From: a virus
Lineage: Duplodnaviria; Caudoviricetes
IMG/VR virus record: IMGVR_UViG_3300014613_000009
Location: 1-45,310 of that record
Reading direction: 5' to 3' (one strand)
DNA length: 45,310 nucleotides
Shown: positions 7,731-18,389 of the stretch, piece after piece
How positions within the stretch are numbered: position 1 is the first letter of the stretch
How the letters are laid out: each line of letters opens with the position of its first letter
Program-made: the position numbers and the translations under genes
Notes under the pieces: model-generated
Database searches by the model: none
Told to the model about the DNA's origin: nothing
What the model saw: only the letters and a program-made list of their open reading frames with translations

Positions 7731-9029
7731 TTACCAGTCTTCGTTTACAAAAATAACCTGTCCCGCCGCCGTTGGCGCAGGGGTCTCGTAACTATAGATT
7801 AGAATCATACAACTTGTGATATAGGCATTAGCGTCAGTAGAGGCAACTTTGTAGCCCCAATATCTGTCACCATCATCAAGCGTCAAGGCAACAGAGCGAA
7901 CCCTGTCTTTGCTTGCGCTATTCACATTTATTTCGCTGTCCGGCTCTGCCGCTCCGCCCGTGCCCGAATCGTTCGTGCTGTCGTCCTTCAAAAAGAATAT
8001 GTCATCGTCATCCGCACAAAGTCCCGTGAAGTCGTGATAGACAGCAGGATTGCTGTAATTTGAAGTGGTCATTAGGACACGACTGCGTATGCCTGTATTA
8101 GCCGCAGCAGCAGTTGCACCGGAATAAGTGGATGCCCGCCAGTAGATTTCTGTTTTGGTCAGAGTGGTAAGAGTAACGTATAAATCCGCTTTGTATAATT
8201 TAACATTTCCAGCCGGATTATCTATTTTTATATACACTTCAAATTCATCGCCATCATCAAAATTCGTGGCATTATTGGCAAAGTCGGTATTGGCAATAGT
8301 CGGAGTGGATGTTAGGCCAAGAATTATTACTTCAGAAGCAGCTATTTGAGCATTATCCGTTACATTCCATAAAGTGGCATAAAAGTCATCGCTTCCCCCC
8401 TCGCCCACTACAGTCAATGACCATCCGCTTATCGTAGCAAAATTACTTGCCGTTTTTAAGAATCTTGTGTAATATCCGGTTGTTCCCTGCGTATAAGAAT
8501 CGCTGCTGTGAGCATCCACGTATGCCTCATCATCAGAATTGGAATAGCCGGATGTACCAAGCATAGGTATCTGTATTCTTGTCTTGGTCGCATTAACCTG
8601 AACAACAATTATCCTTGCCGTATAAACACGGACAGTCCCGCTTCCGGTTGGTATGTCCGGCGTTCTCACGGCGTAAATATGATTGGCCGCATCAGGCGAC
8701 CAGGATGCAGAGCGTAACCGAGTTTCATTGGTCGTGCTGTTGGGAATCGTTATTGATGTCTTAACGTCAGAGTCAGTCACATCATACAAATCAACTGCAT
8801 AAGTGCCGGAAGCATTGGAGTTATAGCCCACTATCTCGAAGTAGTAAGTAGCCCCGTCGTAGTTAGATGGGTCTAAATATGTCTGGCTGCGAAGGAAGAT
8901 AATAGGGCCGGATGTGGTGCTGCCGAGTCCCCTGTCCACCATTTCAATCGGGACTTCGAGGTTCATTGCCCCGAAACTTATGGAGCAAAATAAAAATAAA
9001 ATCAAAAAAGTTCTAATTCTTGTTTGCAC
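7731..9029 (-). CDS. Signal-peptide-bearing beta-rich virion appendage-like protein
   Basis: Leader MQTRIRTFLILFLFCSISFGA; Thr/Ser/Asp-rich; tail-fibre position. Confidence 0.7.
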   Translation of the reverse strand: MQTRIRTFLILFLFCSISFGAMNLEVPIEMVDRGLGSTTSGPIIFLRSQTYLDPSNYDGATYYFEIVGYNSNASGTYAVDLYDVTDSDVKTSITIPNSTTNETRLRSASWSPDAANHIYAVRTPDIPTGSGTVRVYTARIIVVQVNATKTRIQIPMLGTSGYSNSDDEAYVDAHSSDSYTQGTTGYYTRFLKTASNFATISGWSLTVVGEGGSDDFYATLWNVTDNAQIAASEVIILGLTSTPTIANTDFANNATNFDDGDEFEVYIKIDNPAGNVKLYKADLYVTLTTLTKTEIYWRASTYSGATAAAANTGIRSRVLMTTSNYSNPAVYHDFTGLCADDDDIFFLKDDSTNDSGTGGAAEPDSEINVNSASKDRVRSVALTLDDGDRYWGYKVASTDANAYITSCMILIYSYETPAPTAAGQVIFVNEDW

Positions 9030-10128
9030 TGAGATACCCCACTATACATATTTTGATTTGGTCAAGGTCGTCCGCCGAAGCGTCAAAGATTATGCCGTGA
9101 TTGTCCTCTATTGTTGCGTGGTCTATGTCATTAGCACCTATTATTGCATAATCCAAACCCGTCCCGTCCGTTGACATAGTTATCGCCTCGATTGTCGTCA
9201 GGGCGGTATTGTCGGTCAAATCGGTGATTTCCTTAAGCGTGAAATCGCCATCATCTCCGGCTTGGTCATCGCAGCGGGCATAAATCCTCTCTATAACATA
9301 AGTGAATCCCGTATGATTCTCCCAGACTATGAAAGTATCGGTATCGGCAAGCTGGTCTGGATTGGAAATCGCTATATTTAATATCTTCAATTTTTGGCCG
9401 ATGACAACCTGATTGGTATCATCGAATCCTCGCAAGGCATAATCATTCGAGTCCCAGCTTATCTCGCCTGCCGCGTCCACGTCTGGGTCTGTGCCGTTGG
9501 GTATTTCAAGTGATGTTGCACTGCCCAAATCATAAGCGCCGGTCGAAGCCGTCCATCCTTCCGTTACAAAATCATAGACATTATCACAAGTTGGAATGTT
9601 CACATCGTCCCCGTTTGTAACCAGCGCAATAAGAACGTCCAGCGTATCGTCCGTCAGGGATAAATGAGTTCCCACGGCCAGATTCGTATTATCGGATATA
9701 TCAACCGTAGTTAAAAAACTTTGCGCATCTATGTAATCATAGACGTTATCGCAGGTCGGAACATTAACGTCATCGCCGTTTTCCACATCACCTATCAGGA
9801 CATCGAAAGTATCGTCCGTCAAAGATACGTGCGTTCCGGCAGTCAGATTGGTATAATCGCTTATATCCACCGCATCTGCGTTCCAGGCGCCCGTAGCAAT
9901 AGTGCCGAGAATGGTTATATTTGCCGAGCCAGTCCACGTATTATTAAGGGTAACCCACGTGACTTTCCTGTCAACAGGCGTATTATTGGGGTCAAGCACG
10001 ACGTAAAACATAGCATTGACATCAACCGTAGCCGTTTGTGTCTTATCAAGCAGGTTCGGGTCGGAATCCGCTTTTGCCGGAATGCCATAAAAACAAATTA
10101 TCGTAAATATCAAGATTAACTTTTTCAT
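9013..10128 (-). CDS. Signal-peptide-bearing fibre-like protein with 55-aa tandem repeat
   Basis: Leader MKKLILIFTIICFYGIPAKA; fibre-like motifs TGSANITILGTIATGAWNA and EIPNGTDPDVDAAGEI. Confidence 0.75.
   Translation of the reverse strand: MKKLILIFTIICFYGIPAKADSDPNLLDKTQTATVDVNAMFYVVLDPNNTPVDRKVTWVTLNNTWTGSANITILGTIATGAWNADAVDISDYTNLTAGTHVSLTDDTFDVLIGDVENGDDVNVPTCDNVYDYIDAQSFLTTVDISDNTNLAVGTHLSLTDDTLDVLIALVTNGDDVNIPTCDNVYDFVTEGWTASTGAYDLGSATSLEIPNGTDPDVDAAGEISWDSNDYALRGFDDTNQVVIGQKLKILNIAISNPDQLADTDTFIVWENHTGFTYVIERIYARCDDQAGDDGDFTLKEITDLTDNTALTTIEAITMSTDGTGLDYAIIGANDIDHATIEDNHGIIFDASADDLDQIKICIVGYLSANKN
9565..9870 (-). repeat. Two-copy 165-nt (55-aa) intragenic repeat
   Basis: VDISD.TNL..GTH.SLTDDT.DVLI..V.NGDDVN.PTCDNVYD occurs twice. 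Confidence 0.9.
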
Positions 10129-10140
10129 AAGTATTGTCCT

Positions 10141-11592
10141 TTATTGTTCTACAGTGGCAAATTCAGCCCCATCAACAAAATAAAAATCAGTTCCATCCAC
10201 AAAATTAAAATAAATTATCCATTCCGTCAATGGTATTATTTTCCACCTGTTATCTTGAACTGCCAAATATAAATTGTATTCATCGTAAGCCACATCGCCA
10301 GCGCTGCAAGCGCCTGTCGGACTGGTCGGCACGTCAGACCAGCTAAAACCGCCTCCGCCTGCTCCGTTTGCGGCGGCAGTCAGTCTGCCATCAGCATCAA
10401 CGGTTATATCGGCGTTCGTATATGCCCCTGCCACTACGGTAGTCGAGGCAAGCTCCGTAGCTCCGACTCCGCCTGTGGCTATTGTAACATTTCCGTTTGT
10501 AGCGTCAAAATTCGTATTATCAAAAGAGGCAAGCCCCTTTGTGGCACCATCATCATCGGCGTTTCGTATTTCAAAGGCGCCGTATCCTGTATTGACATCG
10601 GCGCAAATTAAAGAACCGCCGAAAAAAGATGGGGCAGAGCCGGACTGGTAAATACAATAATCCGGCGTTTCATCATATTCATTGAGATAAAGAATATATG
10701 AACTATCGCCTATCGTCGGGGTATTGATTAGTCGCAAGTCTATATAAACCCCATAGGCGTTCCTTCCGATGCTTGCTGCATTTATCGACGATGTTATCAA
10801 AGCGCCGGTAATATCGTAAGTTACAGTGGTTGTATTGTCTGTTGCGTAAGCACCTGTTGTAAGACCTTGAATATGCGAACTGTCTGCTCCATCCATTATA
10901 GTAGTTGAGCCAAGTATTCCATACATAGTATCCGTGAGATGGGAATTTGCGCCGGACGTGAAATTGGTAAATCTGAGGCCGTAACTGTTGTCGGCAGTTC
11001 CCTGTTCGATGTAAATATCCGCCGTAACGCCGCATATCCTGTCGATAATTCCGCCCGATTGATTGAAATTGCCAGCAATATCCAATCCGTAAAAAACGTC
11101 TGTTGCATCGGTAGCTCCCGAAGTTTTGTCAAGGTCTATATACAGTCCCTGATGTCCTGTTGTCCCTGCGGGGTCGGCGTTTATGAAGGCCGAATAAGTG
11201 CCGGACGTATTTGTAAGAGACAATTTTCCTCCGGTATACGTTCCGCTGCCTATATCAACGCTGTCGTTGGCGGTTTTCGGCGACAAGGTAGTGCCGGAAC
11301 GAGACCATAAATTACAAGGGTCTGTTTCCGGGGTTTCCGTTATCCAGCCAAGATTACCAGAACCATCCGTTTTTAACAACTGTCCACTTGTGCCGTCAGC
11401 ATAAGGCAAGACCCATATCTGATTGGCAATCAAAGCAGGGGCTTCAAATCCGACATAATTGCTGTCGCCAACATCGTAAAACCGCAATTCTCCACCGCTT
11501 TTTATCCAAAGCTCTGATACCTTCTGGGCTATCAAGCCCATACAAAGCAGGCAAACCAAAACCAAAAAGATTATTAAGAGCTTTCGCCCCAT
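10141..11592 (-). CDS. Tail fibre-like protein with N-terminal signal/TM segment
   Basis: Leader MGRKLLIIFLVLVCLLCMG; fibre motifs LPYADGTSGQLLKTDGSGNLGW and AGAYTNADITVDADGRLTAAANG. Confidence 0.75.
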   Translation of the reverse strand: MGRKLLIIFLVLVCLLCMGLIAQKVSELWIKSGGELRFYDVGDSNYVGFEAPALIANQIWVLPYADGTSGQLLKTDGSGNLGWITETPETDPCNLWSRSGTTLSPKTANDSVDIGSGTYTGGKLSLTNTSGTYSAFINADPAGTTGHQGLYIDLDKTSGATDATDVFYGLDIAGNFNQSGGIIDRICGVTADIYIEQGTADNSYGLRFTNFTSGANSHLTDTMYGILGSTTIMDGADSSHIQGLTTGAYATDNTTTVTYDITGALITSSINAASIGRNAYGVYIDLRLINTPTIGDSSYILYLNEYDETPDYCIYQSGSAPSFFGGSLICADVNTGYGAFEIRNADDDGATKGLASFDNTNFDATNGNVTIATGGVGATELASTTVVAGAYTNADITVDADGRLTAAANGAGGGGFSWSDVPTSPTGACSAGDVAYDEYNLYLAVQDNRWKIIPLTEWIIYFNFVDGTDFYFVDGAEFATVEQ

Positions 11593-11783
11593 TCTGCACC
11601 TGTTTCCCAAGAACCGGAAATCCTTATTTCAATTTTTATATTTCCTTCCGTTATATTAAATCTCACCGAGCCGTCAGTGTCGGCGTCGCCGCGCAAATAT
11701 ATATACTGTCCCGTGAAGGCAACAGAGCCGTCACGCTTGATATACTCCTGATAATCCGGGTCTTTAATCGGCCATATCTGCAC
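11574..11783 (-). CDS. Small tail-fibre-associated protein
   Basis: Fibre-like motif YIKRDGSVAFTG; GAGG RBS; no signal peptide. Confidence 0.6.
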   Translation of the reverse strand: MQIWPIKDPDYQEYIKRDGSVAFTGQYIYLRGDADTDGSVRFNITEGNIKIEIRISGSWETGAEWGESS

Positions 11784-11786
11784 ATC

Positions 11787-14700
11787 TTACCTCAACTGAA
11801 TCATTATGTCCCAGGGCAATTCACTGTCTTTTAATTCATTCATAATAACTAACTCTTTTGCTGTTCTGGGCATACCCTTAATGGCTTTTATTATACTTTG
11901 CTTCTGGATTTCCTGATATTGTTCTGCCAGAACTTTCTTTTCTTCATCCGTTTTCGCCCGTTCCAATCGCACTCTATACCATTTTTGCAAAGTTGATGGG
12001 TCAAGAAGTCGATTGCTTATACGTTCAGGTATTGATTTTTTAACAAAAGATGTTTTTATTTTTTTATCTACTTTTTTATCAAATCTTGAATCGAATTTCG
12101 ACCACATATTATATATCTTGACGAACTGCTTTTCGGCCTGTTCTGCTTTGATAAATTCCAATGGGCTTAATCCGCTTGCGACAAAATCATCCTCCATATT
12201 ACCAAGATATTTCATTTCCTTGCTTTCAATCAGGTGCATTTTGCCAACCGTCTGCCAGTTTATGCTACGCTTTTTGCCATCAACTTCAAGAACAATTTCG
12301 CCCTTTGGATTCATATCATAAATTCCAATAGCACCTTTCCCCGCTAAAGTATCGATGTATTTCTTCAATGCTATATCAACAGGAAGCCCCTTTTCGTAAG
12401 TTTGTATAGTTGCTCCCAAAAAAGGAATGGAGCATTTAACAAAATATAAAGTCCTATCAATTAGCTTTTCGTCCCAGTCCATTGTCATAACATCACGCCT
12501 GTAAATCGGCGCTTTGTCATAAGGGTCTTTGCGATTTTCGCTGGCAAGCCCCTGATAAAAACGAATCCAGGGATTCATTAAATATGCCACGCCTTCAACT
12601 TCTTTTATGCCCCAAGTTTTTAAGGTTTCTATCGCAGCTTCTTTTGGCGTCATTTCACCGTGAATAACCCGATTACTATAATCAGTAACTATAGAAAAAA
12701 TCTTCGTTCCGATAAGAACGTCCTGCGGAAGCTGCAATGAAAGAACTCTCGTAGTTCCATCTGGATTTCTGCCGAGAACAAAATGGGTTCTGTTTCTAAC
12801 GTAATCCGGTAATTTGGATTCCATTTCTTGAATATCATCTCTGCGATTATTGTATAACGTAGAAGCTATTGGCAATGCCATAAAAGCCAATAACGCTTTC
12901 AGTGGATGCTTGCCGAACCATTTCCATATTCTTGCAGAAGTCTTAAAGTAAAATGTCCCGAAAGGAGCAACTCCTCCGCTTACATACCTTCTAAACGGTT
13001 TTGATACGGCAGCATAATCAGTTAAAATCTCACGACTAATTTTGCCAAGAGCGTCTCCAGTCGATAATCCTTTGGTATTTATCCAGTCGTGTGCTGCAAC
13101 CATTGCTTCGCCTTCGCCTGCCTGTTGCGCCCTTAACATACTCGAAGCATACGCCACACGCATTATAGATTCTCTAAAATCGGACAATTTATATGATTTA
13201 TTGAGCAGCCAATATAAGGGGTTTCTGGATTTTCTGGCAAGAATCAATTCCGTTGTAGTAAAAGTCTGCTTTATATCGTGCTTTTTTATGAAATCATCAA
13301 GCTGTTCGGCATATTCAAAATCCAGTTTGCCTGTTAGATATTTAAGAGAAGTTTCTATTTCCTTCAAAAATGATAACGGGTCAGGATGCTGAATCAAAGC
13401 TATCCAAGTATCACCTACAAAGTTATTGATATTGAAACTCGGAAAATGTGAAAGTATAGCCATCGACTTCCATAAACTCGTTGCCCGATTGACAAGATAT
13501 ATTCCCCGACTTCCTCGTTGCGAAAAATCCCTGAATAGATTATACATCTCCTCCGGTATAAGAGCGACATTTTTATAATTTCCAAGAGCTGCTTCTCCGT
13601 TTTCAGTCAGATAAATCGCCCTCGAAAATGGTATATCAGGCGTATAGGCACGGTATCTTTTACCTCCGATGTCGTAAATTCTACCTGGACGTGGAGTTCT
13701 TATCCTTCCGCTTTCGGTTGTCCCAAATAGATTGGCACGTTCCGCTTTTGATAGATAAGGTTTCCCTGCCTGTTTTGCTAATTTCTTTTTGCCAAGCGCC
13801 TTTTTAATATCATATTTCGCAACCTGTGTCTCGACAAAATCCTCGACAAGATTATGGTATTCCATCTCCAGCAGAGAATCCAAAAGGGCTTCTTTGTCCT
13901 GCCTGTATTCTTTAGTTGTGCCAACCGCTTTTTTGGTATAACCCCTAAATGGTCTTTTAAGTTGCGTTGGTATATTGGCATAAGGCGCCCATTCAGGCGT
14001 GTAATCCTCTACGTAATGTCGGACGTGGTCTTCGATAAGCTGGTCTTTTCGCAAAACTCCACGCTCAACAAGTTTGTCGGTATAAGTCTGTTTTGTCTGT
14101 GACCATCTTTCGGCAGCTTCAATAGCTTTATCTGACGCCTTGCCTATTATATTATCAAGGATTTTTTGAGCTTCCTCGACCGATATTTCGGGATTGCCAA
14201 TTTCAAGTTTGGCTCTTGATAATTGGTCTTTGGCAAAAATTATCTCCACCGATTCTTCTACAACTTTTTCATCAAGGTCTTCCCAAATAGCTTTCTGAGC
14301 CGTTTCATAAACATTTGTTTTTGCTTTGGTCAATGCTCCTATCATATCCGTGCGAACGGCGTTTCTAAATTCCGGCGGTGCTTTCGGATAAAATCTCAAC
14401 TGGTCGAAATCCTCTTTAATATTCTTGCCTGCTTCGGCAATTTTCTCGCCCGCTTTTTTTGCCGCCTCCTGCACGCTTTCAGGTATCGGAGTTATAACTT
14501 TACCTGAAGGCATTTTGGGATTCTTAATATGCTCAATGTAAACTCCGGTCGGTTCGGCAGGAGAAGTTTGTTGTTTATACCACCACGCCTTAAAAGAACT
14601 ACGTGCTATTTTAGCAGTATCAAATTCACCTGTAAATTTATTACCAGTCGCAGGAAATTCAGGCGATTCTCCACCTTGATATTTAACTTCATATTTGCCG

Positions 14701-16370
14701 TTGAGATTCTTACTTGCCTTTACATAGTCCATTGGCGGTTTAATAAGTTTTATTGTTTCAGGAGCAGTTACAGTCGGTTTGGCAGGTGCTTCAATTCCGG
14801 CTTTAGAGACTATTTGTCTATGTTCCAAGTCTTTGTCTATCTCAGCAATTCGTTTCTTGTAATCTTTTACATTGATAACCGATTTGCCGCCAACTTTATC
14901 ACCCTTATATTCCTCCATCTCATTTAACAATCGTTGCTTTTCGTCCTTTAATAAACTGACGATATAATCTTCTTTAGGGGCAGTTACGGTCGGCTTGGCT
15001 GGGGCTTCGGGAACGGCAGGAGGAGCAGATTGAATATCATCAACACGTTTCTTCCAATTATTGTATCTATCCCGCATTTCTGGCGTTGCATTATCAGGTA
15101 TATTTTGCAAACCTCCATCGCCTTTTTGTGCATTACGTAATTGAAGATTTCCTTTTATATCAATAAGACCACGAAGTTTTTTGTCTGCAAGCATTTGAGC
15201 AATAATTTTGTTATGTGTTACAGCAGCTTCTTCTGGATTATTTATTCCTGTATAATCCATCACTTTTGATATTGGCATTTGAGGTTTATAAATAGTCCGA
15301 TTGGCAGTTTTATAAAAATCTTTTATAATTTGCTCTGTTTCAGGGACAATTACGGTCGGCTCGGCAATTTTCGCTGGTAAAGCCAAAGGTTTTGCTTTCT
15401 CAACGCCTGTGCCAAAATTCTCCCTCATCAAATCTATAAATTCCTGCGCATCTTTCTTGTAAATTTTCATCCATTGTTTTTTGGGCATACCAGACTGGGC
15501 ATCCCTGACAGCTTCATCCATTCTCAAAAGCAGTCTTTTCGGAAATTTTTTGAACTCTGGCCTTTCTCTCACGAAATCTCGATATTGCTTGAGTTTTATA
15601 AGTTTTCCTACTCCGACTTCCGCGGCGCCGAATAAAGTCCCCCATCCGGCCTCCGCCCATATCTGCTGCCAGTCTATCGGGTCATCTTTTGTTATCTTTT
15701 CAGCAGTTTCCTCAATAGCGCCACGAACTCCAAATTGAACTCCGGCACTTAAAATCATTCTTAAAGCCACTCGTGCCGGTATTTTATTGATAAGAGGGCC
15801 GACCAGCCGCAAGGATGTATAAAGACTTGTGATATATGAAGCTGCTTTGCCTGCCCTTTCTTCTTTTGAAGTCCTCTCTAAATTCACGGCATCTTCAAGA
15901 TATTCCGCAAGAGACGGTTCTTTTGTCAAAGCATAAGTTAAAACATCTGGAGCATATAAAGCAAGACCAGATATAGCATCGGCACTCTGCACAATAGCCA
16001 TTTTTCCTAAAGTTCTAAATGGCCTATCGCTTCTATCCCATCCACCTGGCGGCGGTGGAGTATAAAACCAATGTTTTATCTTTTCCCAAAGCGTAGGATT
16101 CCACGCCTGAATTTGCATCGGTTCATAATTGTCTTCAACATCAGAAATTGGCAATTCTAATTTATCCGCTATTGCCAAAACATCTTTTGCCCTTTTATCC
16201 GCCTTTTCGGGCGTAGTCGGTTGATTAAAATCGACTCTGTCCTTTATCCCGAAATGGGCGTTTATTTCCTGCTCCGAGAATCCAGCAAGGCGCAAAGTCT
16301 CTTTTTGCCTATCCATATATTCGGATATTTCTTCATCTGTAAAACCGGCCTGTTTAAGTTCGCCTATCAT
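11787..16370 (-). CDS. Large internal virion (DNA ejection) protein, polyvalent-protein-like
   Basis: 1527-aa helical protein in the T7 gp16-equivalent position; N-terminal AGF(T/S)DEEI repeats. Confidence 0.7.
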   Translation of the reverse strand: MIGELKQAGFTDEEISEYMDRQKETLRLAGFSEQEINAHFGIKDRVDFNQPTTPEKADKRAKDVLAIADKLELPISDVEDNYEPMQIQAWNPTLWEKIKHWFYTPPPPGGWDRSDRPFRTLGKMAIVQSADAISGLALYAPDVLTYALTKEPSLAEYLEDAVNLERTSKEERAGKAASYITSLYTSLRLVGPLINKIPARVALRMILSAGVQFGVRGAIEETAEKITKDDPIDWQQIWAEAGWGTLFGAAEVGVGKLIKLKQYRDFVRERPEFKKFPKRLLLRMDEAVRDAQSGMPKKQWMKIYKKDAQEFIDLMRENFGTGVEKAKPLALPAKIAEPTVIVPETEQIIKDFYKTANRTIYKPQMPISKVMDYTGINNPEEAAVTHNKIIAQMLADKKLRGLIDIKGNLQLRNAQKGDGGLQNIPDNATPEMRDRYNNWKKRVDDIQSAPPAVPEAPAKPTVTAPKEDYIVSLLKDEKQRLLNEMEEYKGDKVGGKSVINVKDYKKRIAEIDKDLEHRQIVSKAGIEAPAKPTVTAPETIKLIKPPMDYVKASKNLNGKYEVKYQGGESPEFPATGNKFTGEFDTAKIARSSFKAWWYKQQTSPAEPTGVYIEHIKNPKMPSGKVITPIPESVQEAAKKAGEKIAEAGKNIKEDFDQLRFYPKAPPEFRNAVRTDMIGALTKAKTNVYETAQKAIWEDLDEKVVEESVEIIFAKDQLSRAKLEIGNPEISVEEAQKILDNIIGKASDKAIEAAERWSQTKQTYTDKLVERGVLRKDQLIEDHVRHYVEDYTPEWAPYANIPTQLKRPFRGYTKKAVGTTKEYRQDKEALLDSLLEMEYHNLVEDFVETQVAKYDIKKALGKKKLAKQAGKPYLSKAERANLFGTTESGRIRTPRPGRIYDIGGKRYRAYTPDIPFSRAIYLTENGEAALGNYKNVALIPEEMYNLFRDFSQRGSRGIYLVNRATSLWKSMAILSHFPSFNINNFVGDTWIALIQHPDPLSFLKEIETSLKYLTGKLDFEYAEQLDDFIKKHDIKQTFTTTELILARKSRNPLYWLLNKSYKLSDFRESIMRVAYASSMLRAQQAGEGEAMVAAHDWINTKGLSTGDALGKISREILTDYAAVSKPFRRYVSGGVAPFGTFYFKTSARIWKWFGKHPLKALLAFMALPIASTLYNNRRDDIQEMESKLPDYVRNRTHFVLGRNPDGTTRVLSLQLPQDVLIGTKIFSIVTDYSNRVIHGEMTPKEAAIETLKTWGIKEVEGVAYLMNPWIRFYQGLASENRKDPYDKAPIYRRDVMTMDWDEKLIDRTLYFVKCSIPFLGATIQTYEKGLPVDIALKKYIDTLAGKGAIGIYDMNPKGEIVLEVDGKKRSINWQTVGKMHLIESKEMKYLGNMEDDFVASGLSPLEFIKAEQAEKQFVKIYNMWSKFDSRFDKKVDKKIKTSFVKKSIPERISNRLLDPSTLQKWYRVRLERAKTDEEKKVLAEQYQEIQKQSIIKAIKGMPRTAKELVIMNELKDSELPWDIMIQLR

Positions 16371-17845
16371 TCGACCACTAATACCCTTTTAAGATATTCT
16401 TCTACTGTTTCCCCCTGTCTTCTGGGTTTAACATCAACTATTTCCGGCACAGTAGATATTCTTTTCTCTTCAGTAGTTAATTCCGTTTTTAACTGTTCTG
16501 CGGGCTTACGGAAAAATACAAGGAGCTTCCTGCTTTCGGCATATATTTCATCAGAAGTTGCTTCCGGATGTTTTTTCTGCCAATCATTTAATGCCTTTAC
16601 GTATCGGGAATGATTCCATAATTGCAATTTGCGATTGTCTATAACTTTATCTTTATCCGACTGCGCCTCAAACGTCTTGAGAATTGCCTCTAAATCCATT
16701 GATGTTCTGTAATCTATAAGTTGTCCAGCGCCATAATCTTCTGCTTCCGATATAGCTTCCGATTGAGATTTCTCAAATTCCCTTCTCGTTAAATCCAAAA
16801 GCTCTTCGGTATCCTGTTTTGATAAATCATTTCTCGCGTCAACAATGGCTGTTTCGACTGCATCTACGCCGCCATAAGAATCAGGTTTATACGCCTTTCT
16901 CATTAAAGCTCTGTAAATATCCCTGTCGGACTGAACATCCTTGCCCTGCTCCCATTTCTCTATATAATCAAACCAAGTCCTCGCCTCTGTATCCGAAAAA
17001 TTACTTTGAGCAATCTGTTGTTTTAGCTGCAATGCGATATTCGCCCTTTCGGGAGCTGATACATTAGCCGATTTCAATATCGTAGAGAGAATCTCTTTGC
17101 CGAAACCATCATTAAGACCTTTTAATGTTTCATTTGCTATTCGCAATAATTTGTCTCTCTGGTCAAGTTGCTCGCCAGATAGTCCTTTTAAGTCCTGAAG
17201 CATTGTTATTGCGCCTTGCGGATTATTGTTGCCTATGGCTATTCTCGCCTGCGCCAATGCGGAATTTTTTTGAAAATCAGTTATCTTATTATCGGCCTCT
17301 TTCCGTCCCTGTTGGCCTGTGGCAACGAGAGAATTTTGCAATCTGGCAAATTTGAATACGTCTCCTGTTTCATAATAATACTGTTCAAGAGCAACTTTCT
17401 CATCTTCTACCTTACCGGCTCTTTTTTGTTCCAAAAGACCCTTGAATTTGGTGTCCCACTGGGCGTAATTGCCGTCATATCTCGCCTGCGAAGCTACGTT
17501 TACCTCTGAGTATTTTGATTGATACGAGAGCATCGATTCTTCGGTTTTCTGTTTCAATTTCGCTATAGAATCCTCGTCAAACGGGTCAAAGCTGGGCGAT
17601 TTAATAGTCTCAAAAGCGGCGTTCATAGATGTTTCATATTGTCTTTCAGCTTTGGCGTTTTCAAGAATCATATTGCTATTCTTGATTTTCTGGCCTATTT
17701 CAAACAGCGCCCCGCCGAGACCCGCCAGACCTGCTCCTATTTCTCCTGCGCCCGTGTCAACGTCAATATTCGCACGGGGCATCTCCGTCCCCCTCGGTGC
17801 CGCTTCGGTATATTGGATTGGGAAAGTTCCTGACATTCTATGCAA
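16367..17845 (-). CDS. Internal virion protein (gp15-equivalent position)
   Basis: Gly/Ala-rich N-terminal helix, all-helical composition, synteny. Confidence 0.65.
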   Translation of the reverse strand: MHRMSGTFPIQYTEAAPRGTEMPRANIDVDTGAGEIGAGLAGLGGALFEIGQKIKNSNMILENAKAERQYETSMNAAFETIKSPSFDPFDEDSIAKLKQKTEESMLSYQSKYSEVNVASQARYDGNYAQWDTKFKGLLEQKRAGKVEDEKVALEQYYYETGDVFKFARLQNSLVATGQQGRKEADNKITDFQKNSALAQARIAIGNNNPQGAITMLQDLKGLSGEQLDQRDKLLRIANETLKGLNDGFGKEILSTILKSANVSAPERANIALQLKQQIAQSNFSDTEARTWFDYIEKWEQGKDVQSDRDIYRALMRKAYKPDSYGGVDAVETAIVDARNDLSKQDTEELLDLTRREFEKSQSEAISEAEDYGAGQLIDYRTSMDLEAILKTFEAQSDKDKVIDNRKLQLWNHSRYVKALNDWQKKHPEATSDEIYAESRKLLVFFRKPAEQLKTELTTEEKRISTVPEIVDVKPRRQGETVEEYLKRVLVVE

Positions 17846-18389
17846 ACCCCTTTAAAAGTGTTGTTCCCGCATTTAAATATCCGCCAGTCCTGTATGCTCC
17901 TGCTTTCTGTCCGTATATTTTCGCCTGTATCCTGTCGAGGACTGCTTGAGACCTATATCTCTGTGCGCTTTCTGCACCTTCGTAACCTATCATAAGATTC
18001 TTAAGCTCCAGTTCCGACGCCTGCTTCGCCTGAACCAGTAACGGCGTTCCTTCAGTCGATACCACACCTGCCGCACCCATACCGGCACGCATAGTTCCCA
18101 TTACCCTTGCGCCTTCCTCGGCCTGTCGCCCCTGCTCGAATAAAGACCTCATCCTTTCCTGCTCGGCCTCTCGCTCGGCCAGTTTAGCATTGTATTCCAT
18201 CATTGCCTGCGCCGATTCGGCCTGAGCAGCGGCGGCGGAGGCCTGCTGAAGCTGACCAACAACAGTTAATATCGTCCCAAAACCTTTCAAAGTCAATAAT
18301 GGCGCTATTATCGCTCCCATCGTTACTCCATAAATTTCACATACAAAAATGCGTCTTTGCCATCGTCCGTAAATTTTTTCATTACACAC
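17838..18389 (-). CDS. Internal virion protein (gp14-equivalent; start probably near 18320)
   Basis: Ala/Gln-rich; AGMGAAGV...EGTPL motif; synteny. Confidence 0.7.
   Translation of the reverse strand: MCNEKIYGRWQRRIFVCEIYGVTMGAIIAPLLTLKGFGTILTVVGQLQQASAAAAQAESAQAMMEYNAKLAEREAEQERMRSLFEQGRQAEEGARVMGTMRAGMGAAGVVSTEGTPLLVQAKQASELELKNLMIGYEGAESAQRYRSQAVLDRIQAKIYGQKAGAYRTGGYLNAGTTLLKGFA

Noticed and set aside
7731-11610. Diversity-generating retroelement, expected because the head module is BPP-1-like
   Set aside because: No reverse transcriptase motif and no TR/VR pair differing only at adenines; the repeats at 9565-9870 and 24320-24658 are ordinary in-frame tandem repeats.
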